Shown in pieces: positions 15,640 through 24,000 of a DNA stretch of 24,000 nucleotides (positions are counted from its first letter, which is position 1; each line of letters starts with the position of its first letter). The stretch spans positions 1,514,567-1,538,566 of the forward strand of contig NC_014804.1 in the NCBI RefSeq assembly GCF_000151105.2. The letters run 5' to 3'. This DNA is from Thermococcus barophilus MP (GTDB lineage Archaea; Methanobacteriota_B; Thermococci; Thermococcales; Thermococcaceae). A program made the position numbers and the translations under genes. Under the pieces are notes generated by a model. It searched no databases, was not told where the DNA came from, and saw nothing but the letters and a program-made list of their open reading frames with translations.

Positions 15640-15738
15640 TCACTACTTCTGGCTGTTCTTTGTCAAAGAAGAGAAATTTAGACAGACAAGTTTTATTGAA
15701 ATTGTCCAACAGATCAAGACTGCACAATCAGAGCAGTA

Positions 15739-17503
15739 ATTTCAATTCTCTTAGAGTCTTATTGGAACAGAGGTAGTGGCTGATACGGTTAAGGCTACTT
15801 TGGAAGCTTTCAATTCTCTTAGAGTCTTATTGGAACTTGCAGTTTGTTAGGACGCACTTTTTAATAGATGTAGCTAAGTCTTTCAGAACTTTCAATTCTC
15901 TTAGAGTCTTATTGGAACTGTCGTAAATGCTAAGATTATTCTCGATAAAGCCGCCTTTCAATTCTCTTAGAGTCTTATTGGAACATCATTTGGGGAGCAA
16001 CAATCATGCTCTTTGGCATAATCTCTTTCAATTCTCTTAGAGTCTTATTGGAACTTTGTATTAGTAGCGTCAGCACTTGCAGCGGTTAGGGCTTTCAATT
16101 CTCTTAGAGTCTTATTGGAACCATTCTGAAGAAGGCTGGATATGTTAAACAAGTGACTACCTTTCAATTCTCTTAGAGTCTTATTGGAACTTCAAAGATA
16201 TGCTTAGCTATTGCCGCATCTTTGATCTTTCAATTCTCTTAGAGTCTTATTGGAACGCAGATTTGGATCGCTGGAGGGCCGTATTGGGTCGCAACTTTCA
16301 ATTCTCTTAGAGTCTTATTGGAACCTTGGTAACTGCTTTGAGTAACTGACTTTTCGCTAAGCCCTTTCAATTCTCTTAGAGTCTTATTGGAACCTCAAGA
16401 GCCACGACCATCACGCTCCTTCTTTATTTCTTCTTTCAATTCTCTTAGAGTCTTATTGGAACTTGACCCAGAAAGAGACCAAGAAGAAGAAGCGTTTTTT
16501 TACTTTCAATTCTCTTAGAGTCTTATTGGAACATAATCCTCTTAGGATGCAGCTTAATATCTGGGATATCCTTTCAATTCTCTTAGAGTCTTATTGGAAC
16601 ACGCCGAATGCGCTCACAGTTGAGCCTTGGATACCGGCGGATGCACTTTCAATTCTCTTAGAGTCTTATTGGAACTTTGCTCAGTGTAAAGTTGCCTTGC
16701 CAATTCAGCTTGATGATTGCTTTCAATTCTCTTAGAGTCTTATTGGAACCGATGTCCACCATTAAAGTGTGCTCGTAAGTCGTCAACTTTCAATTCTCTT
16801 AGAGTCTTATTGGAACTTCCAAGCCGATCCTTTTCGTGGAAAAAAGAACTCGAACTTTCAATTCTCTTAGAGTCTTATTGGAACAAGAAGAAATCGAGCG
16901 GTTGAAAGCGGAGCAATGGTCGTCTTTCAATTCTCTTAGAGTCTTATTGGAACGAGCAAGCTTGGATTGAGGTAATAGCTGCGTGCATCACTTTCAATTC
17001 TCTTAGAGTCTTATTGGAACACTCCGTTTGTAGTTACAAAGAAGAATTTGCCCTCATCTTTCAATTCTCTTAGAGTCTTATTGGAACATCCACATTGGTG
17101 TTCTCATTTTTGGAATAGTATTCACAATCTTTCAATTCTCTTAGAGTCTTATTGGAACTGCTCGAAGTATTCAATACAACATTTGTCAATATAACAGCTT
17201 TCAATTCTCTTAGAGTCTTATTGGAACTTTTATGATGATTTTGAGACAGCATTAGACACGGCAAAACTTTCAATTCTCTTAGAGTCTTATTGGAACTTAC
17301 TATTCATCGTCGGCTCACTTGTGGGCAAAAAAGCCTTTCAATTCTCTTAGAGTCTTATTGGAACTCTGAGAATCATTGCAACCTCACCTCAATGCGAATT
17401 TTCTTTCAATTCTCTTAGAGTCTTATTGGAACTGGAACCTGATCGGTTCCATCATCATAAAGAGTCTTCTTTTCTTTCAATTCTCTTAGAGTCTTATTGG
17501 AAC
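15739..17503 (-). CRISPR. CRISPR array, 26 x 30-nt repeats, 25 spacers; no cas genes in window
   Basis: Plus-strand repeat is CTTTCAATTCTCTTAGAGTCTTATTGGAAC, which reads GTTCCAATAAGACTCTAAGAGAATTGAAAG on the minus strand. In order from 15769, spacers are 38,52,36,40,37,39,36,38,39,39,40,38,45,44,37,38,39,37,37,41,39,39,38,38,41 nt. Only the repeat at 15739-15768 is degenerate (first plus-strand base A instead of C). This marks the leader-distal end, so transcription runs on the minus strand, consistent with the ATTGAAAG 3' end that gives the 8-nt crRNA handle in P. furiosus. Confidence 0.97.
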
Positions 17504-17987
17504 AGGGCGGGATTTTGCCTTATTTCCCCAGTAAAAGTATAAGAACGCTTGGATTATAAAAGCTTTTTGTTGGAGGGTTAGTAATGCAGTCAGAGCAAGC
17601 CTTGAATTCAAGGGTTTTTCACTCCATATCATGGCAGATAAACCCCACAACAACTCCAAGCCACCAGTGCACAATAATGCGCATAAGACTTCCAATGGCT
17701 TTTTAAGCATTAAAACCCAAAAATCCAACTTCCTCATCTTCTAATTTTAAAATGGTCAATTTTCCATAAGGAGAACATGAGAAGAAGCTCTCAAAAACCC
17801 CAAACCCAAACATGTACATTCAAAACGTTACAATTTCAATAAAACTTGTAACATAAAGTAATTTAATAACAAATAATTACTAAAAATCTCCAAACAACTC
17901 TCAGGGCAGTATTCCAGAAAAGAAGACTGCAAAAAATCAAAAACCACAAAAACAGAAAAATCAACAAAAATCGAAAAATCTTCAGAA
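17504..17987 (-). promoter_or_regulatory. CRISPR leader
   Basis: A 484-nt non-coding stretch abuts the non-degenerate end of the array. On the minus strand, the TATA-like GCTTTTATAATCC (17563-17551) lies about 50 nt from the first repeat. The distal part is a very A-rich, low-complexity tract (17880-17985). The length is comparable to the long leaders known for Thermococcales arrays. Confidence 0.6.
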
Positions 17988-19055
17988 TCACCCCTTCCTC
18001 TCCTTAATTATCTCTTCCGGAGTCTTGCCCTCAATCATGAGCTTTGTCCACTCTTCAAGCCATCTTGAGTAGTTCTGCTCAATTTCCTTTGGATCAAGGC
18101 TCACAAGCTTGTCTGGCTTAACCGCATATTTGAAAACATCCGGAAGCTGAACGTTCTTGTTCACTGGGAACATCCAGTTTGTTAGCGGTATCTCCTTCTG
18201 GAAGTCCTCACTGAGAACGAACTCAATGAACTTCTTAGCCAGATCCGGGTGCTTTGCTCCTTTAACAAGACCAATCCCCTCAATCTGTGGATAACCACCT
18301 TCTTTGAAGATTATTGCCCCAATATCCGGTTCTTTACCGCTTTCATAAGCAGAATAAGCTGGATCCGTTGCATAGCTGACGAACAGCGGGGCTTCTCCCT
18401 TGTCCCACATCTCCCATCCAGCGTCCCAGCCCTTGGTTATTTGATAGATGTTCGGCTTAAGCTTCTCCCAGAAGTACAGCCACCCTGGGTCTCCATAAAC
18501 GGCAATTGTCCACAACAAAAATGCCGCTCCTGTTGAACTTGTTCTTGGATCCTCAACAATTAAGCTCTTCTTCCACTCAGGCTTTGTTAGGTCATCAAAG
18601 CTCTGTGGTGGATTTGAAATCTCACTCTTCTTGTACACGACTGCAATGAATCCATAGTCAAAAGGAACTACGTGGTAAGTCGGATCAAGTGCATCTATTA
18701 GTTCCTTTGGAACGACATCAATGTTCTTTGGCTTGTATGGTTCAAGGACACCGGCTTCAATAGCCTTTGCTATGAGGTTGTTGTCAATTCCGATTACAAC
18801 ATCCGCCCTCGGATTGTCCTTTTCAAGGATGAGCCTGTTCAAAACTTCCCCAGCATCCCCCACTGTGATTATCTTGACTTTTACATTGTACATCTTCTCG
18901 AACTTTGGTATCGTTGCATTTGCCAGTCCCCAGCTGACGAAGCTGTCGTAGGCATAAACAACAAGCTCCTTGGATGTCTGCTCTTTATTACTGCTGATAC
19001 ATCCCAATCCACCGACTATAACCATTAAAGCCAGGATTAGAGCAAGATTTTTCAT
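17988..19055 (-). CDS. ABC transporter substrate-binding lipoprotein (thiamine/Fe3+-type family)
   Basis: 355 aa with signal peptide plus lipobox-like MVIVGGLGCISS. VVYAYDSF...KVKIITVGDAGEVLNRLILEKDNPRADVVIGIDNNL is typical of TbpA/FbpA-type binding proteins. No permease or ATPase gene is adjacent. Confidence 0.75.
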   Translation of the reverse strand: MKNLALILALMVIVGGLGCISSNKEQTSKELVVYAYDSFVSWGLANATIPKFEKMYNVKVKIITVGDAGEVLNRLILEKDNPRADVVIGIDNNLIAKAIEAGVLEPYKPKNIDVVPKELIDALDPTYHVVPFDYGFIAVVYKKSEISNPPQSFDDLTKPEWKKSLIVEDPRTSSTGAAFLLWTIAVYGDPGWLYFWEKLKPNIYQITKGWDAGWEMWDKGEAPLFVSYATDPAYSAYESGKEPDIGAIIFKEGGYPQIEGIGLVKGAKHPDLAKKFIEFVLSEDFQKEIPLTNWMFPVNKNVQLPDVFKYAVKPDKLVSLDPKEIEQNYSRWLEEWTKLMIEGKTPEEIIKERKG

Positions 19056-19142
19056 TTTTCATCACCTACAACCAATTTTTAAATTTCCATGAATCAGTAA
19101 TAAAAAGGTGTTTAAAACTTTATTGTGCACATAATTGGGAAA

Positions 19143-20063
19143 TCAGAATTGAGAGTAGAGAAAGTAGGCGTATATAGTGAGGAGTACGGCACTGATTGCT
19201 CTGCTGATTTTGTTGGTCATCCTTAGGGATAGGGTTAGAATCCCCATAACGAACAGTGTGAGGGGCATTGTGAATGAAAAGATGCCTGCATCAACTGTTA
19301 TTGGTCTGATCATGGAGGCTATGCCGATCACCATGAGGATATCGAGGATGTTGGCTCCCACTATGTTTCCAACGCTTATATTTGGTATCTTTTTCAGAGT
19401 CGCTGCCAGAGAGTTTGCAAGTTCGGGAAGTGAAGTGCCGATTGAAACGAGGGTCAGTCCAATAACAACTTCCGAAATGCCCAATGACCTCGCTATAGTA
19501 ACGGCACTCGTAACTACCATTCTTGCCCCGATCACAACGACTGCACCGCTCAAGAACAGGATCACGATGTCTCTCCTAACACTCCTGCTTCTGCCTCCCT
19601 CAATGTCTTCAATTGCAATATGCTTCCTGTAGAGATAATACAGAAAACCGAGATAAATTAGAATCAGTGTGAACCCTTCAAGCCTTGAAATTACACCATC
19701 TCTCATCAAAAACCAAGCGTAAACTGTGACAAGGAACATGAACAGAGAGTTTCTCCAAGCTATCTCATCAACCTCAAGCGGCATTATCATTGCAGAAATC
19801 CCCAGAATCAGCGCTATATTTGCTAACGCACTGCCGACAGCATTTCCCAGCGCAATTCCACTGTTGCCCTCAAAAGCTGCTATTGCTGATACCGTAACTT
19901 CGGGAAGCGTTGTCGCTATGCTCGCTAGGATTAGAGCAATTAAAAATTCACTTACTCCAAACCCCTTAGCCACCCTGCTTCCAGCCTCAACAAACTCGTC
20001 GCTTCCTTTAATCAGCAGAATCAAGCCCACTATGAACACAATGAACTCCTGAATCATTGGCAC
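19143..20063 (-). CDS. Ca2+/cation antiporter (CaCA, YrbG/NCX_Mj-like sodium:calcium exchanger)
   Basis: 306 aa with about 10 TM helices. Both alpha-repeat signatures are present: GNAVGSALANIALILG and GNIVGANILDILMVIG. The ORF-track start is GTG 20063; ATG 20057 is an alternative. Confidence 0.85.
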   Translation of the reverse strand: MPMIQEFIVFIVGLILLIKGSDEFVEAGSRVAKGFGVSEFLIALILASIATTLPEVTVSAIAAFEGNSGIALGNAVGSALANIALILGISAMIMPLEVDEIAWRNSLFMFLVTVYAWFLMRDGVISRLEGFTLILIYLGFLYYLYRKHIAIEDIEGGRSRSVRRDIVILFLSGAVVVIGARMVVTSAVTIARSLGISEVVIGLTLVSIGTSLPELANSLAATLKKIPNISVGNIVGANILDILMVIGIASMIRPITVDAGIFSFTMPLTLFVMGILTLSLRMTNKISRAISAVLLTIYAYFLYSQF

Positions 20064-20099
20064 CGCCGTTAGTCTGTAAGTGGTGCTGGGCTTAAAAAA

Positions 20100-20630
20100 C
20101 TATGCCCCGTGGGTTTTGTAGTTTTTTCCGTAGCCTACTCCTTCTCCCCTGCCTTCCATCTTTATAACATAATCAGCTGCATTTTGAAGGGCAACGCTGA
20201 AGCCCGGCTCAACCCCTATTACAATTGTTTCCTTTCCCTTTCTTTTGGCTTCACTGATTATGGGGAGAAAATCGGCATCTCTTGTTGCTATGGCGATTAT
20301 GTCAACATCTGAGTTATATATCAGCTCCATTGCCTCTATGGCAATCCTGACATCCGTATCCCCCGCAACGATTATCGGCTCAAAGCCCTGGTTCACAACA
20401 GCCTCGATTAGTCCCTGAGGAGCGTACTGATTCAAAACAACCTTCGCAACTCTGATCTTTCCAATTCTTTCAAGCGCTTCTTTAATATCCTCTAATCTAA
20501 TTCCAAATTCCTTTCTGAGGATGTTTGGCCCATCAATGATAAGTCCAATTGTCTTTTTTGGCTCCTCTTTTTTTTCTTTAACCTCTCTTTCTTCTCTCTT
20601 TAGAATTCTGAATATCTTTTCTTTCACCAC
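20100..20630 (-). CDS. NYN-domain (LabA/DUF88-like) protein, copy B with complete acidic motif set
   Basis: [27 protein letters not shown] and [11 protein letters not shown] are the three NYN/PIN-like acidic motifs. The ORF track starts at GTG 20639. GTG 20630 has GGTGA 5 nt upstream. Either start lies inside the 3' end of copy A. Confidence 0.8.
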   Translation of the reverse strand: MVKEKIFRILKREEREVKEKKEEPKKTIGLIIDGPNILRKEFGIRLEDIKEALERIGKIRVAKVVLNQYAPQGLIEAVVNQGFEPIIVAGDTDVRIAIEAMELIYNSDVDIIAIATRDADFLPIISEAKRKGKETIVIGVEPGFSVALQNAADYVIKMEGRGEGVGYGKNYKTHGA

Positions 20631-21147
20631 TCTCTTCACCCCTTGGAGTCAGGACTATAACATAATCAGCTCCATGTTTTAAAGCAGCGCTAAATCCTGG
20701 CTCAACGCCGATTATCACAGTTTCCTTACCCTTTTCCTTTGCCTTCAAGATTATGGGCAGAAACTCGGCATTCCTTGTCGCCAAAGCAATTATGTCAATA
20801 TTAGGGTTATATATCTCACGCATAGCTTCAACTGCCAGCTTAACCCCTGTTTCTCCAGGAACAATTATCGGCTCAAAACCTTGGTTGGCTACAGCCTCGA
20901 TTAATCCCTGAGGAGCATATTGGTTGAGAATAACTTTGGCAACTCTAATGTTGCCGAGCTGTTCAAGTGCCTCAACAATGTCCTCAAGATGTATGTTGAA
21001 TTCCTTTCTCAAAATGTTGGGACCATCAATCAGAAGGGCAATCTTCTTGCCCCTCCGCATTTTGCGCTTCATCATTGCTATACTCCGCATTCCCTCCTTT
21101 GTAATCGCCATTATCCTCTCCCAATTGCTGGGCATTCCAATCACCAT
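20578..21147 (-). CDS. NYN-domain (LabA/DUF88-like) protein, copy A with degenerate acidic motifs
   Basis: A paralogue of the downstream gene, with about 94 of 128 aligned core residues identical by eye. Motifs 2 and 3 read [13 protein letters not shown] and [16 protein letters not shown]-like TATTTAAAAG (21186-21177, minus strand) about 30 nt upstream of ATG 21147 suggests a short or absent 5' UTR. Confidence 0.8.
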   Translation of the reverse strand: MVIGMPSNWERIMAITKEGMRSIAMMKRKMRRGKKIALLIDGPNILRKEFNIHLEDIVEALEQLGNIRVAKVILNQYAPQGLIEAVANQGFEPIIVPGETGVKLAVEAMREIYNPNIDIIALATRNAEFLPIILKAKEKGKETVIIGVEPGFSAALKHGADYVIVLTPRGEESGERKDIQNSKERRKRG

Positions 21148-21208
21148 CGTTGCAATCAGGCATCGCTAAAATCTTACTTTTAAATAGCACACTTGAAGTA
21201 TAAAAAAG

Positions 21209-23662
21209 TTAGCCGGAAAAGCCCTTGATTATGTGCTTATAGTAGTACCAGAGTCCCCGGATTATGTCCCTAACTTCTATCATCGTGAAGAGAGGTGTTC
21301 TGTCAATGAACTTGGCAGTTTCTTCCCAAGTGTGTGCCTGAAGAACGCGGTAAATCAGGAGCAGAACTTGACGCTCATCTAAATACGGCCTCATCCAGCC
21401 ATCAAGGAAGTAGAGCTTTACTATTGGCTTCACAGCATCAACCACAGTGTCGTAAGTCAGGACTTTGCTAACAAACATTTCTAAGCGTTTTATCTGAGTC
21501 TTTGTCAGATGTACTGGATAATCAACCGCCTCACCAAAGGGGCTTTCAAAGAGCCATCTTGCAATCTCCGGCTCTAAATCCCTGTGAGTGTCTCCAAGCC
21601 AGTCCAACAGCCTGATCCTGAACTCTGCATTTGCTTGCTTCACAATCTCCTTAGCCCTTTCACTTATTGGCTTAATCACTATTGCCGTATATTCACCGCT
21701 AACTGGGTTTCTTGAGGGACTTAGATGAACAACTGCAAAGCCGTTTCTAATCCAGAACCTAATCAGCTCTTCGCTTGCCCCAAAGCCTGAGCCAACCCAG
21801 TCGTAGCCTTTCTCTTCAGCTTCCTTTATGAGCAGTTCAAGGGCTTTGCTTCCAAGCCCCATGTCCATGGCATCTGGATGAGTGGCAATTCTCACAACCC
21901 TGTATCCCTTAAGCTTTGCGAACTCTTTGGCATAGTGGTGCTTGACCATCATATCCGGGATTATGTTTCCTCTCGGCTTGTAGCCCTTTGCCATCTTTTC
22001 AATTACACCCTTCGGAATTCCTCCCTCTTTTGCAATTTGAATGGCACACACTATCTTGCCGTTTTTCAGCCTCAAGACACGGGCTTCGTGATGTGGGGCA
22101 TCTGCCAGCAAAGCTACATCGCTCGGCCTGTTGCGGTAGTGGGCAAGAACATAAATTCCGACGAAGTGCTTCAAGTCCTCTCTGTCATTCTCAAACCAGT
22201 CATCCAAATCTGGCTCTTCAAAGTAAACTTCCTTTTTCCTAATCATCTCATAATCTTCCTTGGTTAAAGGAGCGGGCTCAGCATCAAGCAAAAGCACATC
22301 AAAGAGCCACTTTTCAATTGGATCTCGGCTGGAGTACCTGATTGGAACTGACAAGTGGATTTCTCTAAATTCTCGCTTTTCCTTCGCTTTCTTTAGGAAT
22401 TTAACAGAGAAACCTCTTCCCGCACCCTCGTAGCCATGAATGGTTGAGGAGTAAATAACTTTTGGCTTTTCAAGGTATTTGTGGAGGATTGGGACGTGAA
22501 TACCGGCAGCTTCGTCAAGAACGTAAACATCAGCATTTTTCTTGTATCCCAGAGTCGGCGGATAGTATCTCAGCCCGATGCCTTTGGCGTAGAGCTCTTT
22601 TATGAGGTTCTTCTCCGTGACGACTTTGACCCTATAGCCAAGAATCTCCAAGCTCTTCTTTGCAAATCTGAATAAGCTTTGAACATTTTCCAATTCGGGA
22701 GCCGTTATTACCGCCCTGAATCTCCTCCTCTTTGAAGACAAGGCTAAGCCGACAACACCAATACCAACGCTCACACTCTTTCCTCTTCCTCTGTCCGCTG
22801 TCAGAACAACCATACCCTCATCCTCTATCAGCGCCTCAAGATTCTTGAGAACCTCAACTTGACCATTTGTGAGGCATAATTCATAAAGCTCTTTCGGGAA
22901 TTTAGTCTCTTCTGGGATCTCAATTTTTTCCCTCTCTGGAAGCTTTGCCTGACTTTTGCTCTTTTTCGGCTTCTTCAGGAGCTTTTGATTTTCGGCATTC
23001 ACTATGTATATTCCCTCATGCTCCTCAAACTTCCGAATCAATCTCCTGTTAAACCTCTTTTTCACATCATCAATGGTGTATGGAGGGGTTACAAGGTTCT
23101 TATGAAAGCCAGTCCACATATTTTTCCACTTTTCAAACGGATTGGTGAGAACAAATATTAATCCCCCACCCCTAACCGTCTCAATTATCCTGCCCAAATC
23201 GTTGGGGGAGAAGTCATAGCTCAAATCGAGAATCAGTAAATCAAAAGTCCTCCCAAGAATATCGCTTGTATATTTGAACGTAACCCGAGTAAGCTCGGCA
23301 TTTTCATCCGCTAAGATGTCAAAATGCTTTCTGAACTCTTCATATCGTGCCCTTCCAAACGTTCCTTCTCCAAGAGCATCGGTGGCATACAAAACCTCAA
23401 CCTTTTCCTCGCTTTCATCTCTCAGCTTTCTCGCAATTAACTCATCAATTAGGGAGGATAAAACTTTGGCAGAAGCTCCGCCTAAGATTCCAGCCAGCTT
23501 TGCTTTATTCATACTCTCTCCTTGAAGAACAATCATCCTTCTGTGAAAGTTTTCCAGTGCTTCAGCCAGAGCTGTTTCGGTGAGCTTTAACAGTGAGTCC
23601 TTAACCTTCTCTCCCTTTGCATACTCTCTCACCTCTTTGTCAAATCTAATTTTTACCGTCAT
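21209..23662 (-). CDS. tmcA: tRNA/rRNA cytidine N4-acetyltransferase TmcA (Nat10/Kre33 homologue)
   Basis: 817 aa. Domains in order: an N-terminal DUF1726-like region, a helicase-type P-loop LTADRGRGKS, a GNAT acetyl-CoA motif RIATHPDAMDMGLGSKALELL, and a C-terminal tRNA-binding domain. Confidence 0.92.
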   Translation of the reverse strand: MTVKIRFDKEVREYAKGEKVKDSLLKLTETALAEALENFHRRMIVLQGESMNKAKLAGILGGASAKVLSSLIDELIARKLRDESEEKVEVLYATDALGEGTFGRARYEEFRKHFDILADENAELTRVTFKYTSDILGRTFDLLILDLSYDFSPNDLGRIIETVRGGGLIFVLTNPFEKWKNMWTGFHKNLVTPPYTIDDVKKRFNRRLIRKFEEHEGIYIVNAENQKLLKKPKKSKSQAKLPEREKIEIPEETKFPKELYELCLTNGQVEVLKNLEALIEDEGMVVLTADRGRGKSVSVGIGVVGLALSSKRRRFRAVITAPELENVQSLFRFAKKSLEILGYRVKVVTEKNLIKELYAKGIGLRYYPPTLGYKKNADVYVLDEAAGIHVPILHKYLEKPKVIYSSTIHGYEGAGRGFSVKFLKKAKEKREFREIHLSVPIRYSSRDPIEKWLFDVLLLDAEPAPLTKEDYEMIRKKEVYFEEPDLDDWFENDREDLKHFVGIYVLAHYRNRPSDVALLADAPHHEARVLRLKNGKIVCAIQIAKEGGIPKGVIEKMAKGYKPRGNIIPDMMVKHHYAKEFAKLKGYRVVRIATHPDAMDMGLGSKALELLIKEAEEKGYDWVGSGFGASEELIRFWIRNGFAVVHLSPSRNPVSGEYTAIVIKPISERAKEIVKQANAEFRIRLLDWLGDTHRDLEPEIARWLFESPFGEAVDYPVHLTKTQIKRLEMFVSKVLTYDTVVDAVKPIVKLYFLDGWMRPYLDERQVLLLIYRVLQAHTWEETAKFIDRTPLFTMIEVRDIIRGLWYYYKHIIKGFSG

Positions 23663-23805
23663 TCTCTCACCTCCGTAAAAAGATGGAAAGGGAGTTTAAA
23701 AAGTTGTTCAGCTCATGTGTTTTTAATTCGTCAGCATAATTTTAAAACAAACATCGAAACGCTAAATTTTTATATAAACGACTTCAAATTTTTTGCGGTG
23801 GTTTT

Positions 23806-24000
23806 ATGAAAAAGCTTGACATCAGGGACTTGGGAAAATTCAAACTCGTTGGAGGATTGGATATCCACAAGAACAAGACGGCATTCACAGTTACCGAAGT
23901 CAATCTTGAAAAAGATGACTACTTCAGCAAAATCTACCTTTATGATGGCAGAAAGGTTATGCAGTTCACTTCTGGACCTAAAGACTCAAATCCAAAGTTC
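23806..24000 (+). CDS. 5' part of a probable S9-family peptidase (acylaminoacyl-peptidase/prolyl oligopeptidase-like), truncated by window edge
   Basis: ATG 23806 after GGTGG, with TTTTTATATAAA about 30 nt further upstream. The 65 codons MKKLDIRDLGKFKLVGG...YLYDGRKVMQFTSGPKDSNPKF resemble the N-terminal propeller of archaeal S9 peptidases. The family call is from memory only. Confidence 0.45.
   Translation, partial: MKKLDIRDLGKFKLVGGLDIHKNKTAFTVTEVNLEKDDYFSKIYLYDGRKVMQFTSGPKDSNPKF

Noticed and set aside
15650-15680. Palindrome TTCTTTG-T-CAAAGAA downstream of tRNA-Pro as a possible att site or terminator hairpin
   Set aside because: The loop is too short for a stable hairpin. No integrase gene and no duplicated tRNA 3' segment is visible in the window. 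It is most simply T-rich terminator context for the tRNA.
15545-15727. 60-aa minus-strand ORF overlapping tRNA-Pro
   Set aside because: It is antisense to a well-formed tRNA gene and has no RBS. The peptide derives from the GC-rich tRNA sequence.
17570-17680. 33-codon plus-strand ORF (ATGCAGTCAGAG...) and slightly GC-richer patch within the CRISPR leader
   Set aside because: No RBS is present, no motif was recognised, and the patch lies inside a region best explained as leader. Conserved leader sequence blocks are expected in Thermococcales arrays.
16463-17737. ORFs 16463-16735, 16717-16905, 17070-17273 and 17486-17737 inside the CRISPR array and leader
   Set aside because: Their translations repeat the same peptide (for example SILLESYWN or NKTLRELK) because they read through successive CRISPR repeats. 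They are artefacts of the array.
19177-20052. Plus-strand ORFs 19177-19632 and 19726-20052, and similar antisense ORFs inside hisS, tmcA, the SBP gene, the DPM synthase gene and others
   Set aside because: Each lies entirely antisense within a longer ORF that has clear family motifs. Their compositions are low-complexity mirror images of membrane or charged segments, and none has an RBS.

Overview
AT-rich archaeal chromosomal window that looks Thermococcales-like. Supporting signs are GGTGA/GGAGG ribosome-binding sites, BRE/TATA promoters, the archaeal markers Dph2, TmcA/Nat10, L41e and DPM synthase, and a CRISPR repeat ending in ATTGAAAG as in Pyrococcus furiosus. Most genes are housekeeping: hisS, dph2, a METTL5-like methylase, a C-N hydrolase, L41e, DPM synthase, tRNA-Pro(CGG), tmcA, a CaCA exchanger and an ABC binding protein. 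Accessory content includes a vapBC pair, a cas-less 26-repeat CRISPR array with a ~480-nt leader next to tRNA-Pro, a three-gene overlapping operon (membrane protease-like, PadR, SdpI-like), and a tandem NYN-domain pair in which one copy has lost its acidic active-site residues. The most interesting locus is 2840-4291. It holds a ~215-nt GC-rich structured RNA, best read on the minus strand, with a closing helix and three arms, two of which are near-identical kink-turn hairpins. This RNA is transcribed divergently from a two-gene operon. The operon encodes a ribbon-helix-helix protein and a compact 353-aa TnpB-like RuvC protein. That protein keeps the D-E-D triad but has no zinc ribbon, no TnpA partner, no recognisable IS ends, and no room for a canonical 3' omega RNA. 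I propose this as a candidate undescribed, domesticated TnpB-derived RNA-associated module. The link between RNA and proteins is positional inference only. All homology calls come from motif recognition by eye, since no searches could be run.
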